From Paragordius varius (Eukaryota > Animalia > Nematomorpha), in the NCBI GenBank assembly GCA_964247055.1, contig OZ176051.1, positions 13,516,001 through 13,580,000 on the forward strand: 64,000 nucleotides of DNA, given 5' to 3'. The notes under the pieces were generated by a model. The model searched no databases and was not told where the DNA came from. It saw only the letters and a list, made by a program, of their open reading frames with translations. Of the stretch, positions 34,523 to 49,270 are shown piece by piece; position 1 is the stretch's first letter, and every line of letters begins with the position of its first letter. Made by a program: the position numbers and the translations under genes.

Positions 34523-37500
34523 CACAAAAGAAAAGAAAAGAAAAAATTCTAAATTCTTATCTATTTATCTTCAAAGTTTATTCTATCTTTTATCACTTAT
34601 CCTATACTTTAAATTTTGTTATAACATACCTATTCCCATTTTGTTTTTGGACGTAGGACTTACCGTTGGCCTTTTCCTATAATTTGCCTATTAATATTCT
34701 CTTAAATATATAGATCGTATTCTTGGATAAGTATTGTAGCACTATTTATTTTATTTTTTACTATGACACATAAAATAACCCTTGATTTATATTGTTTTAT
34801 ACATATTTCTTTAATTTTTTTTTTATTGCGAAATATAATTTCCGTTTATACCTATAGCCTAGGTTTTTTTTTTAACATCTATCAATTTGTCATAATTAGT
34901 TCGACACTTCAATTTTATTATTTTATTTTGTTTGTTTAAAGCTGTCAAATGAATATTGATGTGTATAGTAATAACCGGTCAAGCCTGGCCAGCCGCGGTT
35001 TTGGTGTTGTGGCCAATAATACAAAGAGAATGAAAAGGAATACGGTTTGTTTGTATTTTGCTAGTTTAAATGTTGGTTCATTGAAAAGTAAGTTAAATGA
35101 TATTGTGAGAATAATGAAAGTTAAACATATTGATATTTTGGCATTACAAGAGACTCGTTACCGCGGAAACGGAGCAAGGACTTTGGAAGAGAATTATCGA
35201 CTATATTACTCAGGTGAAAGTGGCGGACGAAATGGAGTGGCAATTATCATTAATCCCAAATTGTCCAATCAGGTTAAAGAGGTTAGACGCTATAACAGCC
35301 GAATCATGAATTTAGATATTTTGGTAGGTAACGAGGTCATAACGGTATTTAGTATATATGCCCCGCAAATAGGTTTACCCAAACAAGAAAAGGAGCAATT
35401 TTACGAGACTTTAGATGAAAAAATAGTCGCTCTCCCTCAGCTCAGAGTCAAGTTTTTATGTGGGGATTTTAATGGTCATCTTGGTTCAAAAAGGGAATCT
35501 TTTGAAATATGGCACGGGGGACATTCTTATGGAGAAAGAAACGAGGAAGGAATTAATTTGCTCAGATTTGCACAATCTCACAATTTGGCGATAGCGAACA
35601 CGTTTTTCGAAAAAAGAGAGAGCCATCTAGTAACTTTTAAGAGCGGCATAAACAAATCTCAAATAGTTTTTATACTTGTTCCAAGAGATTTATTGAAGCT
35701 TGTGATAGATTGTAAGGTCGTGCCAAACTTAGAGGTTAGTTCGCAACATAATTTACTTATTTGTAAATTTTTCGTGAAAGAAAAGTCTAAACAAAGTGGT
35801 TCTTATTCAAAGAGATTAAAAAGTATTAAGTGGGAGAAATTATCCGAAAAAAGGCAGGCTTTTATAAAAGAAATACGGTTATCCGAGGATGGAGGGTTAA
35901 ATGGTGATTGGGATAAAGTAAGTCGGTTAATCAAAAAGGCAGGAACTCTAGTTTGTGGATTAAAAGGCGGAAAATCTCAAGTATACAGAGAGGCTTGGCT
36001 TTACGATGAAAGAATAATATTGATGTCACGAGAAAAAGGTAAGGCTTTTGACAAATGGAGACATACAAGGAATGATGATGATAGAGATAAGTATAAAAGT
36101 TTAAATAAGGAATTGAAAAAATTAGTCGGTCAGGTTAAGAAAGAAAAAATGAATTTATTTTATGATGAGTTAAATAGTAAGCAAGGTTTAAACAAAGTGT
36201 ATAAAGTTGCGCAGCAAAGGAATAAACGCAGGATGGATTTGCCAGGTTATGCGACTGCAATAAAAGGAAAAGATGGAAGCTTGCTGTGCGAAAATGTAGA
36301 AATATTAAAAAGATGGAAAGAGTACTTTGTGAGTTTAGATGAAGGGGTAGGCGAGATATTTTTGCCAAATACAGTTGAAGCTACTGATAGACCAATAGAA
36401 GCAATTACACAAAAGGAAGTAGAATCTAATTTGTTAGAAATGCCAAACAACAAAGCTGTAGGATCGGACGACATAAATATAAATTGTTGGAAAGTGCTTG
36501 GGAATTCTGGATTAAATTTTTTGGAGCGTGTATTTAATAAAGTTGTTTCAACGTATGAAATCCCGGTTGAATGGAAGGAAAGTTTAACTGTGCCTTTATT
36601 TAAAGGAAAAGGTGATATAAATGAATGTAGTAACTATAGAGGGATAAAACTTATGTCGCACACTATGAAATTGTTTGAAAAATAATTGAAAAGCGAATCA
36701 GGAAAATGATATCTATAGAAGGAAATCAATTTGGTTTCATGCCAGGAAAGTCAACAGTAGATCCTATACATGCGGTTAGGAGGTTGATTGAAAAACACAT
36801 TGAAAAAAAGAAAGAATTGCACGGGGTTTTGATTGATATAGAGAAGGCGTTTGACAGGATTCCTAGAGAAACTATTTGGTGGAGTCTTCGTCGTAAAAAG
36901 GTGCCAGAAAGTTATATTAAGTTGTTACAAATAATGTACGAATCACACACCTCCAGGATTAAAACTCCACAAGGTTTATCAGAGCCCTTTTCAATAAAGC
37001 ATGGAGTCTACCAAGGCTCATCACTCAGCCCCTTATTGTTTATAATTTGTATGGACGAGGTAGCCAAGGTTGTTAATGTGAGTTCAGGATGGTACTTAAT
37101 GTATGCAGATGACATAATCATCTTGTCTGATTCATTAATTGAGTTAAAGCGAACGGTAAACAGATGGGTTGTTATGCTGGATCAATATGGTCTGAAAGTA
37201 AACAAAGCAAAAACCGAACTTATTACTTTTGGGGGTCCACAACATGAAATGGTAGTTGATGATAGTTGGGTTCTGAAGGGTAAAGAAAGTTGCAAATATC
37301 TGGGAGCTATGTTAAGTGCAGATGGTTCGTTAACTGACGATATTAATTTAAGAATAAAGAGCAGCTGGGTAAATTGGAAGAAAATTTCGAGCGTATTATG
37401 CGATCGAAATATTGATGTTAGAGTGAAAGGTAAGATTTACAGTTCAGTTGTCCAGCCCTCAATGATGTATAATTCACAGACATGGGGTGTCAAAAAATCC

Positions 37501-37891
37501 GAAGAAAGACAATTTAACGTGACTGAAATGAAAATGCTCAGAATGATGTGTGGGGTAACTAGAAAGGACAGAATCGAGAATAGATTTATTCGTGGGAGCA
37601 CAGATATTAAACCAATAGTGGAAAGAATGTCAAAAAATAGGCTACGTTGGTTCGGGCACATTGAAAGGAGAGATTCTAATTATATTGCAAAAATAATAGA
37701 TGGTTATATAGTTGAGGGAAAACGAGGACGTGGGCGGCCTAAAACAAAATGGATAGATACAGTAAAAAGAGAGCTAGCAGAATACGAGCTTAATGCAGAG
37801 GACGCCATAGATAGAGTTTTATGGCGAGACAGGTTGTATAACATGACCGCTCTCACGAGTGAAAACATGTAATGTAATAATAATAATAATA
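34523..37891 (+). mobile_element. Full-length RTE-clade non-LTR retrotransposon
   Basis: 19-bp TSD ATTTACGGAGATTAATTTA (34504-34522 and 37892-37910), ~426-bp 5' UTR, single APE-RT ORF and a (TAA)n tail. Confidence 0.95.
34949..37872 (+). CDS. RTE ORF: APE endonuclease plus reverse transcriptase, split by one 1-nt deletion at A5 36678-36682
   Basis: LNVGSL, LQETR, GDFNGH, YRGIKLMSHTMKLFEK, QFGFMPGKST, QGSSLSPLLF and YADD motifs. One extra A gives FEKIIEKRIRKM and a continuous frame. Confidence 0.93.
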
Positions 37892-40800
37892 ATTTACGGA
37901 GATTAATTTAATCAATTTATTAAGAACTTTTACCTTATTAATTATTAAATATGGTAAAAAATTATAAACTATATCCATAATCAATTACTCAAACAAAAAG
38001 AGCCACACTATATATCACCGGTACACAAACTGAGCCCACGGGCCGCACAAAGTCCTCAAGAGATTTTTGATCACAGATTTTCAAACCTAAAATTTTATCA
38101 AGTAAGGTCATTAGCGGTATATGTTACGCCTCAAAACTTAAATAGAACTTTTTCACGCTAAATTTTATATTTCCATGTCTAAGAAATAGTCTGACCACCA
38201 AAATGCTTGTTACAATCATTTTTTAAAGTTAAATAAATGTTGTCTTCATAGATGCGATTGTTAATACAATCACTTTTATTGCCTACCTTGGTACTTATAC
38301 ATTTGAGTATTTAATTTTTCGAAGAAAATATGTTTTGATTTACAATTGTTGATATTTTGGTTTATGCTAAACGGAGCCCAGCTAATAGTTAAATATTTGA
38401 GAATCACATAGTATTTAATAGCTAAAAGCTTTAGAAAAATCAGATCAAAAAAATAAATGCGGTTAAAATCTTAAAAAATGTTTATTTCTGCCATTAGCCA
38501 AAATCAAAAGTCGCATTCTTTAGGTCATATGAAATTAAATACAATAAAAAAACGCGTCAACTAAATAATAATTGTTATATGTGCCATAAGGATGGTCTTA
38601 AACGTAAATTATTATCATCAGTAGAAAGACTTACAAGAATTAAGCTAATAGATATTAATTTTTATTACTATCATATCTTTGGTCCATATATAGTGTTTGG
38701 TTATATTGCATTAAAACATAATTTAAGCCTTATATAAAAACAGAAAATTTTTTTATAATCTGCACCCCGAAGTTGGGGATAATTGCAAATTATCAAAATA
38801 TAAATATTTTCACTAGACAATCAGAAAAACACAACTTTCTGGTAATTTTTTCACCCTAAAATTAATTATATATTTGGCAAACTCTTTTTCCATCGCGGAT
38901 TTCGGGCACAAACTGGCTTAATCAAAAAACTGTGTTGATATATCTCCTTTTCTGCATTGAGTTACATAGGAGATTTTATAATATATAAATTGGAAGTGTT
39001 TTGTTAAAATTATATGCTACTTTTGCTTTGTTGCGATCATCAAAAAATTACGTTTTATATGAGGCTTAAATTATTCTTAAATGCGATGAACTGGATAAAA
39101 TTTATATATAGAGTAAGGATGTGATCGTAAAAATAAAATTTATATTTTTTTTACCACATATTAAAAATTTTTATCAATCAAATTAGAGTCCAAAGTGCGA
39201 ATTTTTTACTTTAATGTGATCTAAGACGCTCTAAAAATATTTATATCGATAATATTTGGATTATCCTTAAGGTACATATTGAAAACTAAAATTTAGTTGA
39301 CCCGTTTTTATTGTATTTTATTTGATTCGACCTAAAGTGCGATAAAAATGCGAATATTGCATTTTGGCCAATAACATAAAAATGCAAATAACTTTTTTTT
39401 TCTTTAGTATTTTAACCTTATTTATCTTCTCATTATCCTCCAGATTTTAGCCGTATTTTGAAACATGATCCTCATTTTTGCTGCAAAGTGTGATAATAAA
39501 AAATGTTGTATGAAAATCATTGAATGAAAAGTCATGAACCAAAATGGAAACGGTTCCAATTATAACGAACCGGTTCCAATACCGTTATTAAGGAATCAAC
39601 CGGGTACCCAACATTTAGAAACCACTTTGGTTTCATTATTTAAATCTTAGGGACCTCCTTAGTTGATCCACCAGCCAGTTTAAAGCCTTGTTCCGGCCGA
39701 TTTTTCTCTAATATACTTAAAGATTTACTTTATTAACTAAACACAAAATGGTGCTTTTAAATAGAATACGCTTAAATTTGAAGGCAAGTTATATTATAAA
39801 AACTGTAAACTAAAATTGTGTAGCAGAAAAATTCTTCTGTCGGTCAAGGAATACTACATCCACTAAACATATGGGAGATTAGCATGGATTACATCATATA
39901 ATTGGATGGTACTGATTTTTATGACATTAGAATCCGATTAAACTACATAAAATTAAATATTTATATAAAATAACCCAAAAACGAAATTAAGCGATTTTTT
40001 AATTAGCAATCTAGGGTAATTAAACAGTCAAGCAAGGATGAATCTAAAGTTGCTTTATATATCATAAGCACGATCTTTTAACGCTTTTATAAACCTTGAA
40101 CTAGCCCTTGTTTTCAATTTGGTACTTTAACATAGTCTTGGCTTAAGAAAAATTTGTAAAAAAGTATTATATAACCTAATATCATATATTTTCATCCTTT
40201 TTTGAAACTTAACCATCGAAATCCTTCATGATATTCATTAGTATATCTAACCTATTTCTATTTTTATATAAAAAACGGAATGATAACTCAGAAAAAATAT
40301 CTTATTAAGTTACCCGTAAAAGATAAATGAAATATTTGTGTGAAAGTTGGGAGTTAAATTAAAAAGCTCAGATAAATAAAGATTAACTGGGGATTTTATA
40401 TATAAGAGAATATAAACTTAGTAAGGTCATCCTTCCATTTTACCTTTTGTATTGTACCCAAAAATTTGGATACTGTTTAAAATACAAATATGTATTATAT
40501 GCTTAGTGCATCTCTCAAAGTTTCAACTGCCAAATTTATATTTGGATATTCAATAACTTAAAAATTACCAAATATTTTTGGTTTATGGTAATAAATAATT
40601 TTCGTTTTTTTAATAATTAAATTTATAAGTAGCTGTAGGTTTTAATAGGATTTGAGTCTCATTTAGTTTATCAGGCTTATAAAATATTCGAATCCAAAAT
40701 TTGATCATACGTATGACAATTATTATGCTATTTTATAGTCCGAAATTTAAAAGATTAATGTGATAAAATGTATTTTGAGCCAAAATAATAAAGTATTTTA

Positions 40801-41109
40801 GCATTTTGTTGATATTTCCAGTATCATATACATCACATTTTATAGGTCCGATCGCTTTTTTCATGTATGTGTGCGTTATACTCAGCTACACTTTGAAGGG
40901 ATGATTTAATCACAAGTAAGTAACTAAAATAACCCGTATCGGAACATTTGCAATTTAACAAAAACGCCAATTTTTACTTTTTACACATTTAATAAAAATA
41001 CAGATTTTAGTTTTTGAACAGTTTAGAAACCAAAAAGATGTGTATTATAATATGGCTATTTTCCTCATATTAATGTGATATAAATCTGTCCAAAAATTGA
41101 TACAAATCC

Positions 41110-42034
41110 CACACCTCCAGGATTAAACTCCACAAGGTTCATCAGAGCCCTTTTCAATAAAGCATGGAGTCTACCAAGGCTCATCCCTCAGCACCTTATT
41201 GTTTATAATTTGTATGGACGAGGTAGCCAAGGTCGTTAATGTGAGTTCAGGTTGGTACTCTATGTATGCAGATGACAATCATCTTGTCTGATTCATTGGC
41301 TGAGTTAAAGCGAACGGTAAACATATGGGTTATTATACTGAATCAATACGGTCTGAAAGTAAAGAAAGCAAAAACTGAATTTATTACTTTTGGGGGTCCA
41401 CAACATGAAATGGAAGTTGATGATAGTTGGGTTCTGAAGGATAAAGAAAGGTGCAAACATTTGGGGGCAATGTTAAGTTCAGATGGATCGTTGACCGATG
41501 ATATTAATAAGAATAAGCAGTTGGGCAAATTATAAGAAAATTTCGAGCGTATATGATTGAAATGAAATATTGATGTTAGAGTTAAAGGTAAGATATACAG
41601 TTCAGCTGTACAACCCACAATGATGTATAATTCACACACCTGGGGCGTCAAAAAATACCAAGACATTTTAACGCCACGTAAATGAATATGCTTAGAATGA
41701 TGTGTGAAGTAACAAGAAAGGACAGAATTAAGAATAGATTTATTCGTGGGAGCACAGATGTTAAACGAATAGTGGAAAGAATGTCAAAAAATAGGCTACG
41801 TTGGTTAGGGTACATTGAAAGGAGAGATTCTAACTATTGCAAAAATAGATAGTCATATAGTTGAAGGAAAATAAGGACGCGGGCGGCCTTAAACGAAATG
41901 GATAGACACATTAAAAAGAGAGCTAGCAGAATACGAGCTTAATGCAAAAGACGCCATAGATAGAGTTCTATGGCGAGACAGATTGTATAACATAACCGCT
42001 CTCACGAGTGAAAACATCTAATGTAATAATAATA
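41110..42034 (+). pseudogene. 5'-truncated, decayed copy of the same RTE family
   Basis: Colinear with ~36948-37885 (CACACCTCCAGG...GAAAACAT-TAATGTAATAATAATAA), with several stops and indels. Confidence 0.92.
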
Positions 42035-44040
42035 AGCCCTAAAACAAAGATATACATACATACTTAATCAAAGTTCATATATATGATGGGAATAGTTATT
42101 TTGTGAGCCCTATAAATTAGATTTTGTTATTTATGCTCGTCGACACTTAGAACCGGTCATTTACTAACTTAACCAATTAGGACTTTTTAAAGTGAATGGT
42201 TGATTTTTGCTGTGAATAATTAAAAAAATGGTTATGTGAATCTAATTCCACCTTTTTAATAAAATTAAATATCCGACAAAAGTATGGAAAAAATGAAAAC
42301 ATGATATTAAATTCATTTTTTTGGATATATATTTTCCCAATTTTAATATCGATGTTTTCATAATTTTTCACATAAAATATATAGCATTTAGTAACCTTAA
42401 ATATATGGATAATTTTAGAAAAGGTGTTTTCAGGTGGTCATAAAAACCACATTATTTTTTATGGATTTTTATGGACAAAATAAATAAATAATTTTTAAAT
42501 AACTCCGGAAATTTAATTAAATCTTTATTTTTGCCAAAATGTCTTATTGTTTGCAAAGCAAGGCCACAAAGTTTTAATGGATAAATGTCAAATTTGAAGC
42601 GGAATAGGAGAGGAAAACCATTCTTTCACAACATTTCAATCCCAAGAGTAATCAAAATTTACAGCTTTTTATATACGATAAATATATTAGGATGGAATAA
42701 TGAATATACTTATTTGGGCAACAATCAAAATTATAATATAATCTGAACTGTTTAAAATTGTTGGCCAATCTATATGTAGATTTTTAATTTGCAATCCGCA
42801 CTCTGCACCCGCGATAAAAAATTTTTAATTTATAAGCTTTAATAATAGCAAGACGTGTAAACAGAAAGAATACTCCAATATTTATATTAATGATAATCTT
42901 TCCATATTTCACATGTATTGCCCCAATTCACAGCGTATAAATGAACAAATTAGTATATGATAAATATTTTTTAACTATAGAGAAATCATATAAGGCTTCA
43001 TTTTATTTTTAATTAAATTAAGACTATTTTGATATCAATTAAGAAATGAAATGTTTGAAATCTAAAATTAGGGTTAAAGCTTTTTGTCAAATAATGGCTA
43101 TGTATATTTTTAATCCTTATTAATATTCTTTTGATGTCTAATACTGATTTAGTATGGCCAATTTAGTAAGATAGATCTATATTCCTTAATGTTAAAATTT
43201 AAGGACTAATTATTATGAAACAAGACAAAAAAAACTTTAAAAAACGAAATAAAATGAGCTTTTTATGCAATTAAAGTTTAATTTTTTATCAAAATTTTTT
43301 TTGAAAAATATATTTTTTCTTTAAAAAAAATTAAGATTTTCGATCCCTAACTTAGTTGGAAGGTTAATTAGCGCTAAATCTTTTTTTTAAAAGCACCAAC
43401 TAGGTTGATGATCATATTTCACACCAGCAAAAAATGGCAAAAGTTATAAATTTAAGGTCACGAAATTAAGGTGCCCAGTCAAAAAGTAAAAACAGAAAAT
43501 ACAGCTAAAGCAGTATAGGATTTAAATTATTAATAAATTTATGCAGACAATTTTGATTTTTAATGCGTAAATACGAAGCTTTAAAGTTGTAATATCCTTT
43601 TATCTCATTACTTTCGAGGCAGTTTTCTACACCAAGCCGAATTTAAACATTAAGTAAATTATATATATAATATTGGGCAAAATAGAAAAAAATGGTCTTT
43701 TAAGCGCGTTATAATTTTAGGATAAATAAAATGAAAAATAAATCATGATCTTAAACTTCTGACGGGCAAGATGTCTTTTACTTTTAAATAAGCTAAATAT
43801 ACGAATATAAAAAAGATATTTCATCTGTTTATATTAATTGGATAAATAGCCGAATTGACCATATTTTACATTATCATTTAAAATTTTAAATGTAATTATC
43901 GATAATTAATTTGATCATACCACTTATATGCATATTTTATTAGTTTTTAAAACTATGGGATAAAAATACCTAAAATAATTTTTCTAACAACTCATAAAAA
44001 CGATAATATTTGGCAATCGAATATAAATTGAAAAATATAA

Positions 44041-44277
44041 CAGTAAAAATTGAAATTATACGGACAGAAAATATAAAGACAACCATATCTTTTAAAACCT
44101 AAATGTTTCCCATTTAAGCTACTTAGTTAAATTTAAAAATGAATTGTGTGTTAGTAACTTTGCCATTTAAAACAATAATTTATATTGAAATAAATCAAAA
44201 AAGTATGGTTGTATTTTAGAAAAAAATATTTATCTTTATATATATACGTTTTGTCCGTATAATTTCAGATTTTACTG
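44041..44277. mobile_element. Tc1/pogo-type MITE (CAGTAAAA family)
   Basis: CAGTAAAAATTGAAATTATACGGACA...TGTCCGTATAATTTCAGATTTTACTG|TA. Confidence 0.8.
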
Positions 44278-45365
44278 TATATTATTGATCTAGGATTTTG
44301 TATTTTTCTTGCAGTTTATCATGCAAACCCAAGGACTGAAAATAAATGTATAATATTTTTTCAGTTTATAACATTTAATTAACGTTTTTGTTTCAATCTT
44401 AATATATGGAAGGAATTAAAATTGGGAAACTTTATAAAAGGCTTAATATTTAATGGATGAAACCCTTGCCTTATACACAACATTAGATATTTGCAATATC
44501 TAACTTATTTTAAATTATCATATTCTCATATTAAATTTTGCATGGCTAGTATGGCTTCTTTTGATTAGGACAGGGATCAGGGCATAAATTTCCAAAAATA
44601 TATAAAATTTAATATGATATACGTTTAATAATATAATTAATTAAAATGTGATTTATTAAATGTGTTTTTTTCTATTATATGATATGATAATAATATTATT
44701 ATGATTTATTTTATCATATCTATATATTTTAAGCATGCATGCATATTTTGGCTGAGTGTAGAATAAATTATAAAGTTTTGAAAATTTTTAACGATAAGTT
44801 TGTTGATATTTTATTCGCAAAGATAAACTAAAAATGAGAAGTTTAAGCACGAGCATTCTAAGCATACTACTTTAAAATTTCTATTCTCTTATGGGATTTA
44901 TTTTTGAACTTATATAGTTTAGATGAGCAAAATGAATTTTATAATATTTCAATATATATATATATATTAATATGAATATAATCAGTAAAAATAATTTATA
45001 TTTAAAGATATTATTACTATATTTAGTTAATTTATGCTTATACACATCTTTAGGATATAAAATGTCACAAGAAAGAATGATCTAGATATGTAGTAAAAAT
45101 GGTTAACATTTGAAAATTTATTTAAAAAATATTGGGATAGAACACAAACATAAGTTTTTTACAATTCCTCTGGATTTATAAAAATAAGTGTATGGTTAAC
45201 TGATGCCAGAATATTCCGTACCAAAAAACACACATATAAAAAAATTCGATTATGCTAAAAAAATTTTGATTATTAAATCAAAACAATCCATTATTTTACT
45301 TGTCAAGATTCACTCTCATGATAATCCTTAATGGATTTCCTTTTCCGAAGTCAATATATTTCAGA

Positions 45366-45418
<53 letters not shown>

Positions 45419-45681
45419 CAAAATATTTAATTTAAGTTACAAGTGGTCTTAATTTTTTTTTAAATTTTACATTTTAAATGGGTATAAACATGGTCAGATG
45501 TAATAATTATTATTAAGCCGGCTCTAATTGTCATTAACTTTTTTGACAATTAATATGGAAAATGCAAAAAAAATTTAGCGTAAGGAAAATTTTTTTTATC
45601 AATTATTTGTAAGCTAAACATCCCAATTAACAAAAAAAGATATCATAAATTTAGAAATAAAGTGTGTCCAAGAATTTACTA

Positions 45682-45724
<43 letters not shown>

Positions 45725-45952
45725 AATAAGAATATATTTTAAACGAGATATATACATACATATATATACATTTAGCGTTGGCTTCAATATAATCTAGTTA
45801 GTATCGTGTTTTTTTCATATAATTGTTACATTTAAAAAGAATTTTATTCCAATTTATCTTAAAAATTAAATTTAAAACAATAAAACTGTGAGTCAATACC
45901 CATTTTAGTTTTTCCCTTAAATTTGTATTATTCCACACATTTAAAGGTAATT

Positions 45953-46141
45953 ATGAGATTTGAAAATTGCTATATCGGGATTCGGCTTAGTTCCATCCTT
46001 ATTTTTGCCCTGTTATGCATGGGATTTTTCTCTACTGATTTCGGGACAAAATGTGGATGTGAAGCAAGATATTTACCAACTAAAAGACTCACTTCCGAAG
46101 CTAATATGAATGTTAGAGAAGATTTCCTAAACAATAATTGG
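45953..46141 (+). CDS. Candidate first coding exon of a secreted peptide precursor containing RYLPT-KR (proctolin-like)
   Basis: MRFENCYIGIRLSSILIFALLCMGFFSTDFGTKCGCEA-RYLPT-KR-LTSEANMNVREDFLNNNW, then the donor TGG|GTAATT. A possible acceptor at 46205 continues in phase into ORF 46212-46481; the downstream structure is uncertain. Confidence 0.55.
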
Positions 46142-47869
46142 GTAATTTTTTATATTTTTTTTATAATCAAAAATATTTGGAACACCTACCGTTACTGTTC
46201 AAAAGTTTCAAATGAGTGAAAATCGAATAGTTATGGATTTAACTATGAACTGTAATAAAATAAGTTATTATATAGGTAAATGTAAATCCAAAATACTCGT
46301 CGGAAACAATAATCATTCAGTCGCATATTTTTATAATGTTGTGAGAATAGACTATAATATTTCTTTCAACCCAAACGACTTTGCGGCCCGTATTTTTTAC
46401 TCAAAAAACGCACGGGTATGGGCAATAAATATTTTATTTGATTATAAATACAAGACAGTATCAAACATAAATTTATTTTAACAATTGCAAGTTTACAATG
46501 CTTTGGAAAAACTTATATTAGAAATTGTTTAAGAAGTATTTTAATTTGACTTAGATTTTGTAAATAGAATTTTTTTATTTATGTAATTTTGTATTTGGCA
46601 TTTTTTGAAATTTCTCGCGAACTTTTGGAGGGCCGCGTGTTCAAACACCTGGACTAAAATATAAAAAAGATATAAAGGAACTTATATTGTCGTAGATAGT
46701 CAGATTAATAGCAAAAGATTCTGAAATCAAAAGTGTACGCTAGAGATTCCCGTTAAGACTTCAGCTTAATTAAAATTTTAATTATTTTATAATAATCCGC
46801 TCGCAAAGCAATTTTTAAATTTAGTTTTTTTATATACCCATAAAAATACTTGGATATAAAAATATCGAGCAATTATAAAACAGCAAAGTAGCCGTATATA
46901 TTTATTATGAAACACTTAAAGCATTTACAAAGCCATCAGACAATTTATAATATATTTTAAACCAAAAAAGATTGATAGTACTAGCCCTTTTGGAGTCTCC
47001 TTTACCATTAATTCAATATAAACAAGCATTATTTTATCGATTATATATTAAAAAAGAATACTCATTTATATTTTCATGATTAAAATAAATGAAATTATTT
47101 AATTAAATTGATTAAAGGGATGCAGCGAAAAAACATAATACATTACTGAAGCTGCGTTGTTAAACCCCTTAGAGTAAGAATGATATCTTAAAAGAAGATG
47201 TCTTTGGTTTTAGTTGCCCTAAATTAATTAGAAAAAAGGCGGACATAACGAGAATTTATACTCTACAAGCGTATTTTTATTGAATCAAAGAAACGGAGAA
47301 CGTCACAAAAACTTAATGGTATATTTAATGTCTTAAAATTGACACATTTTTTTTAATTTTTCCCCTGAATTATGGTATAGGTTCCCAACTGTTAAGCGGT
47401 TTTTTAATAAAATTAATTTCAAGAAATCATTTGCCTGTCTATTCAAAAAAATTTCCATCCTCTACTCATTTTGTCAATTTTCTGGTAACATATGAATTAT
47501 GCCAGAAAACTGATTTTCTTTCCAACTAACCATTAAACCCATTTTCCAACGTCATAAGTTCAACCGGCCCTCCCAGACATTAGGTGCAGCCTGATAAAAA
47601 ATTGGACATTTACAAAAATATCTTTATAAAATCTTGGTAAAATTGATATTTCTGAAACAAATTTTATGAATATAATTGGCAACGACAAAACAAGTGCTGC
47701 ATCCCGTTGGCATTTTACAATTTTATGTGAAATCTAAAATAATATTTATTTATAAATGTATATATATATATATATATATATATAATCTGGGCCGGCCGGA
47801 GTTTTTGAGTGAAAAAACGGCCCTTTAAGCTTGAGTTCAACACCCCTAATCAAAGTTAGAGTTCTACTA

Positions 47870-48640
47870 TGCAAGAGTGTACACCATCGTTACAAACTAA
47901 TATAAAACTGGCGTACAGCGGATGTGAGATAATATTTATCGAAGTATAAGGTGTCTTACACTGATTTTATGTGAGATAGTATATTGTCATGTAGCAAAAT
48001 CACTTTGCCATCCCTTCTGACTTATCCTAAGGTTTTCCGATTAATTATGGAACACGAAAATAGGCAGCTTATAAAAAACTGCTGTTATTTTTATTGTATT
48101 TTTGCTATGTTAAAATCTTGTCTTGTCCCGGATAATGTTATGTATTATGGTTCAACTAGGCTATAAAAGCTGATAATACACAATACTCACTAGTAATGAA
48201 CAGAACTTAGTCTTCTCATTAAAGCATTTAGGCCTTGTTTTTGATGGAATACTTGGCACTGTAAAGGCCATGATTTTTGACCGCTTTGGTTTTACAAAAT
48301 AAAGCCACTTCTCATCATCAGTCACAATGCCAAAATGGTTTTTTGGCTTGAAGTGGAATCAAGTTTTACAAGTGTCACTTAACGATTTTTGATTAGAATA
48401 TAACAAATTTGTGGGTTCCATTTACCAAGTTTATTGGCTTTTCCCATTGCTCGTAAGCGCCTACTGTTTTTGTGAAAGATTTAATGCTTCCGGCCATTGT
48501 CGTTGATTTTTATTGGAATATCCTCCAATAGCTTTTTCACTTTATCGTGGTCGCCGTTGTGTGGTCTATCCGAGAGCATCGAGTTTCTTTTGCATTAAAA
48601 TTCAACTTTTATATTTTACCGTTGAAAGCCAATTAATACC
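47870..48640 (-). pseudogene. Decayed mariner-type transposase
   Basis: Minus-strand fragments LRAMGKANKLGKWNP (WVPHEL region), IVTDDEKWLYF (IVTGDEKW), KVILLHDN (LLHDNARPH) and SHPLY (HPPYSPDL). Confidence 0.85.
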
Positions 48641-48869
48641 CGGTTCAGTGGGTTATATCTTTTAACCCCGGCGCAGTTAAGCAAAGCACTCAATATACGA
48701 AAGTCGATATATTTTGGTATTTTACGAAGAAACGTAAATTGGAAATAATTAAGGAATTATTAAAGAGTAGAATTGAAGGTTAATTAATGTCATATATTAT
48801 ATAACATATTTTTGGATCAAGTAATATTTTTGAAAGATATCATAGAGCGAAAAAGGAGATAAGTATTCA

Positions 48870-49270
48870 GGAAAAAAACAATGTTAAACGCCACATAATT
48901 AATTTATGGCGAAGTCAAAAAGGCGCAGCAACCATTTTGTTATATCCAGCATAATGTTTGAATATTTTATTTCAATTGTATAGAAAAAGTTAAGTAAAGT
49001 TATTTTAAATTCGGTCAGCAAATTTTTCATTTATAAAAAATCCGATAATGATTTATGCTAATCAACTGGTAAGCTACGAAATAAGAGAAGAAGAATTAGT
49101 AGATATTCAGAGGATCGCATTAAACTCAAAACAGGTTCCCATACAATGTCCAAATAGAATCCTACGATATTCTAAATAAGTTATAAAGTTATGCCAAAAG
49201 TTTTGGGAAACGTAGAATATGAGTGGCCTAAGGTTTGGTATGTTCTGTTAATTAAATGCATATAAAATGC
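48870..49270 (+). pseudogene. Possible hAT C-terminal transposase remnant
   Basis: EEELVDIQ..., KFWET and YEWPKVW resemble the E.LI.L...FW...YP.LW dimerisation region; very degraded. Confidence 0.3.

Noticed and set aside
36135-37661. Minus-strand ORFs within the RTE
   Set aside because: They are antisense shadows of the RT ORF; the same applies to minus ORFs within 58162-61797 and 8994-10112.
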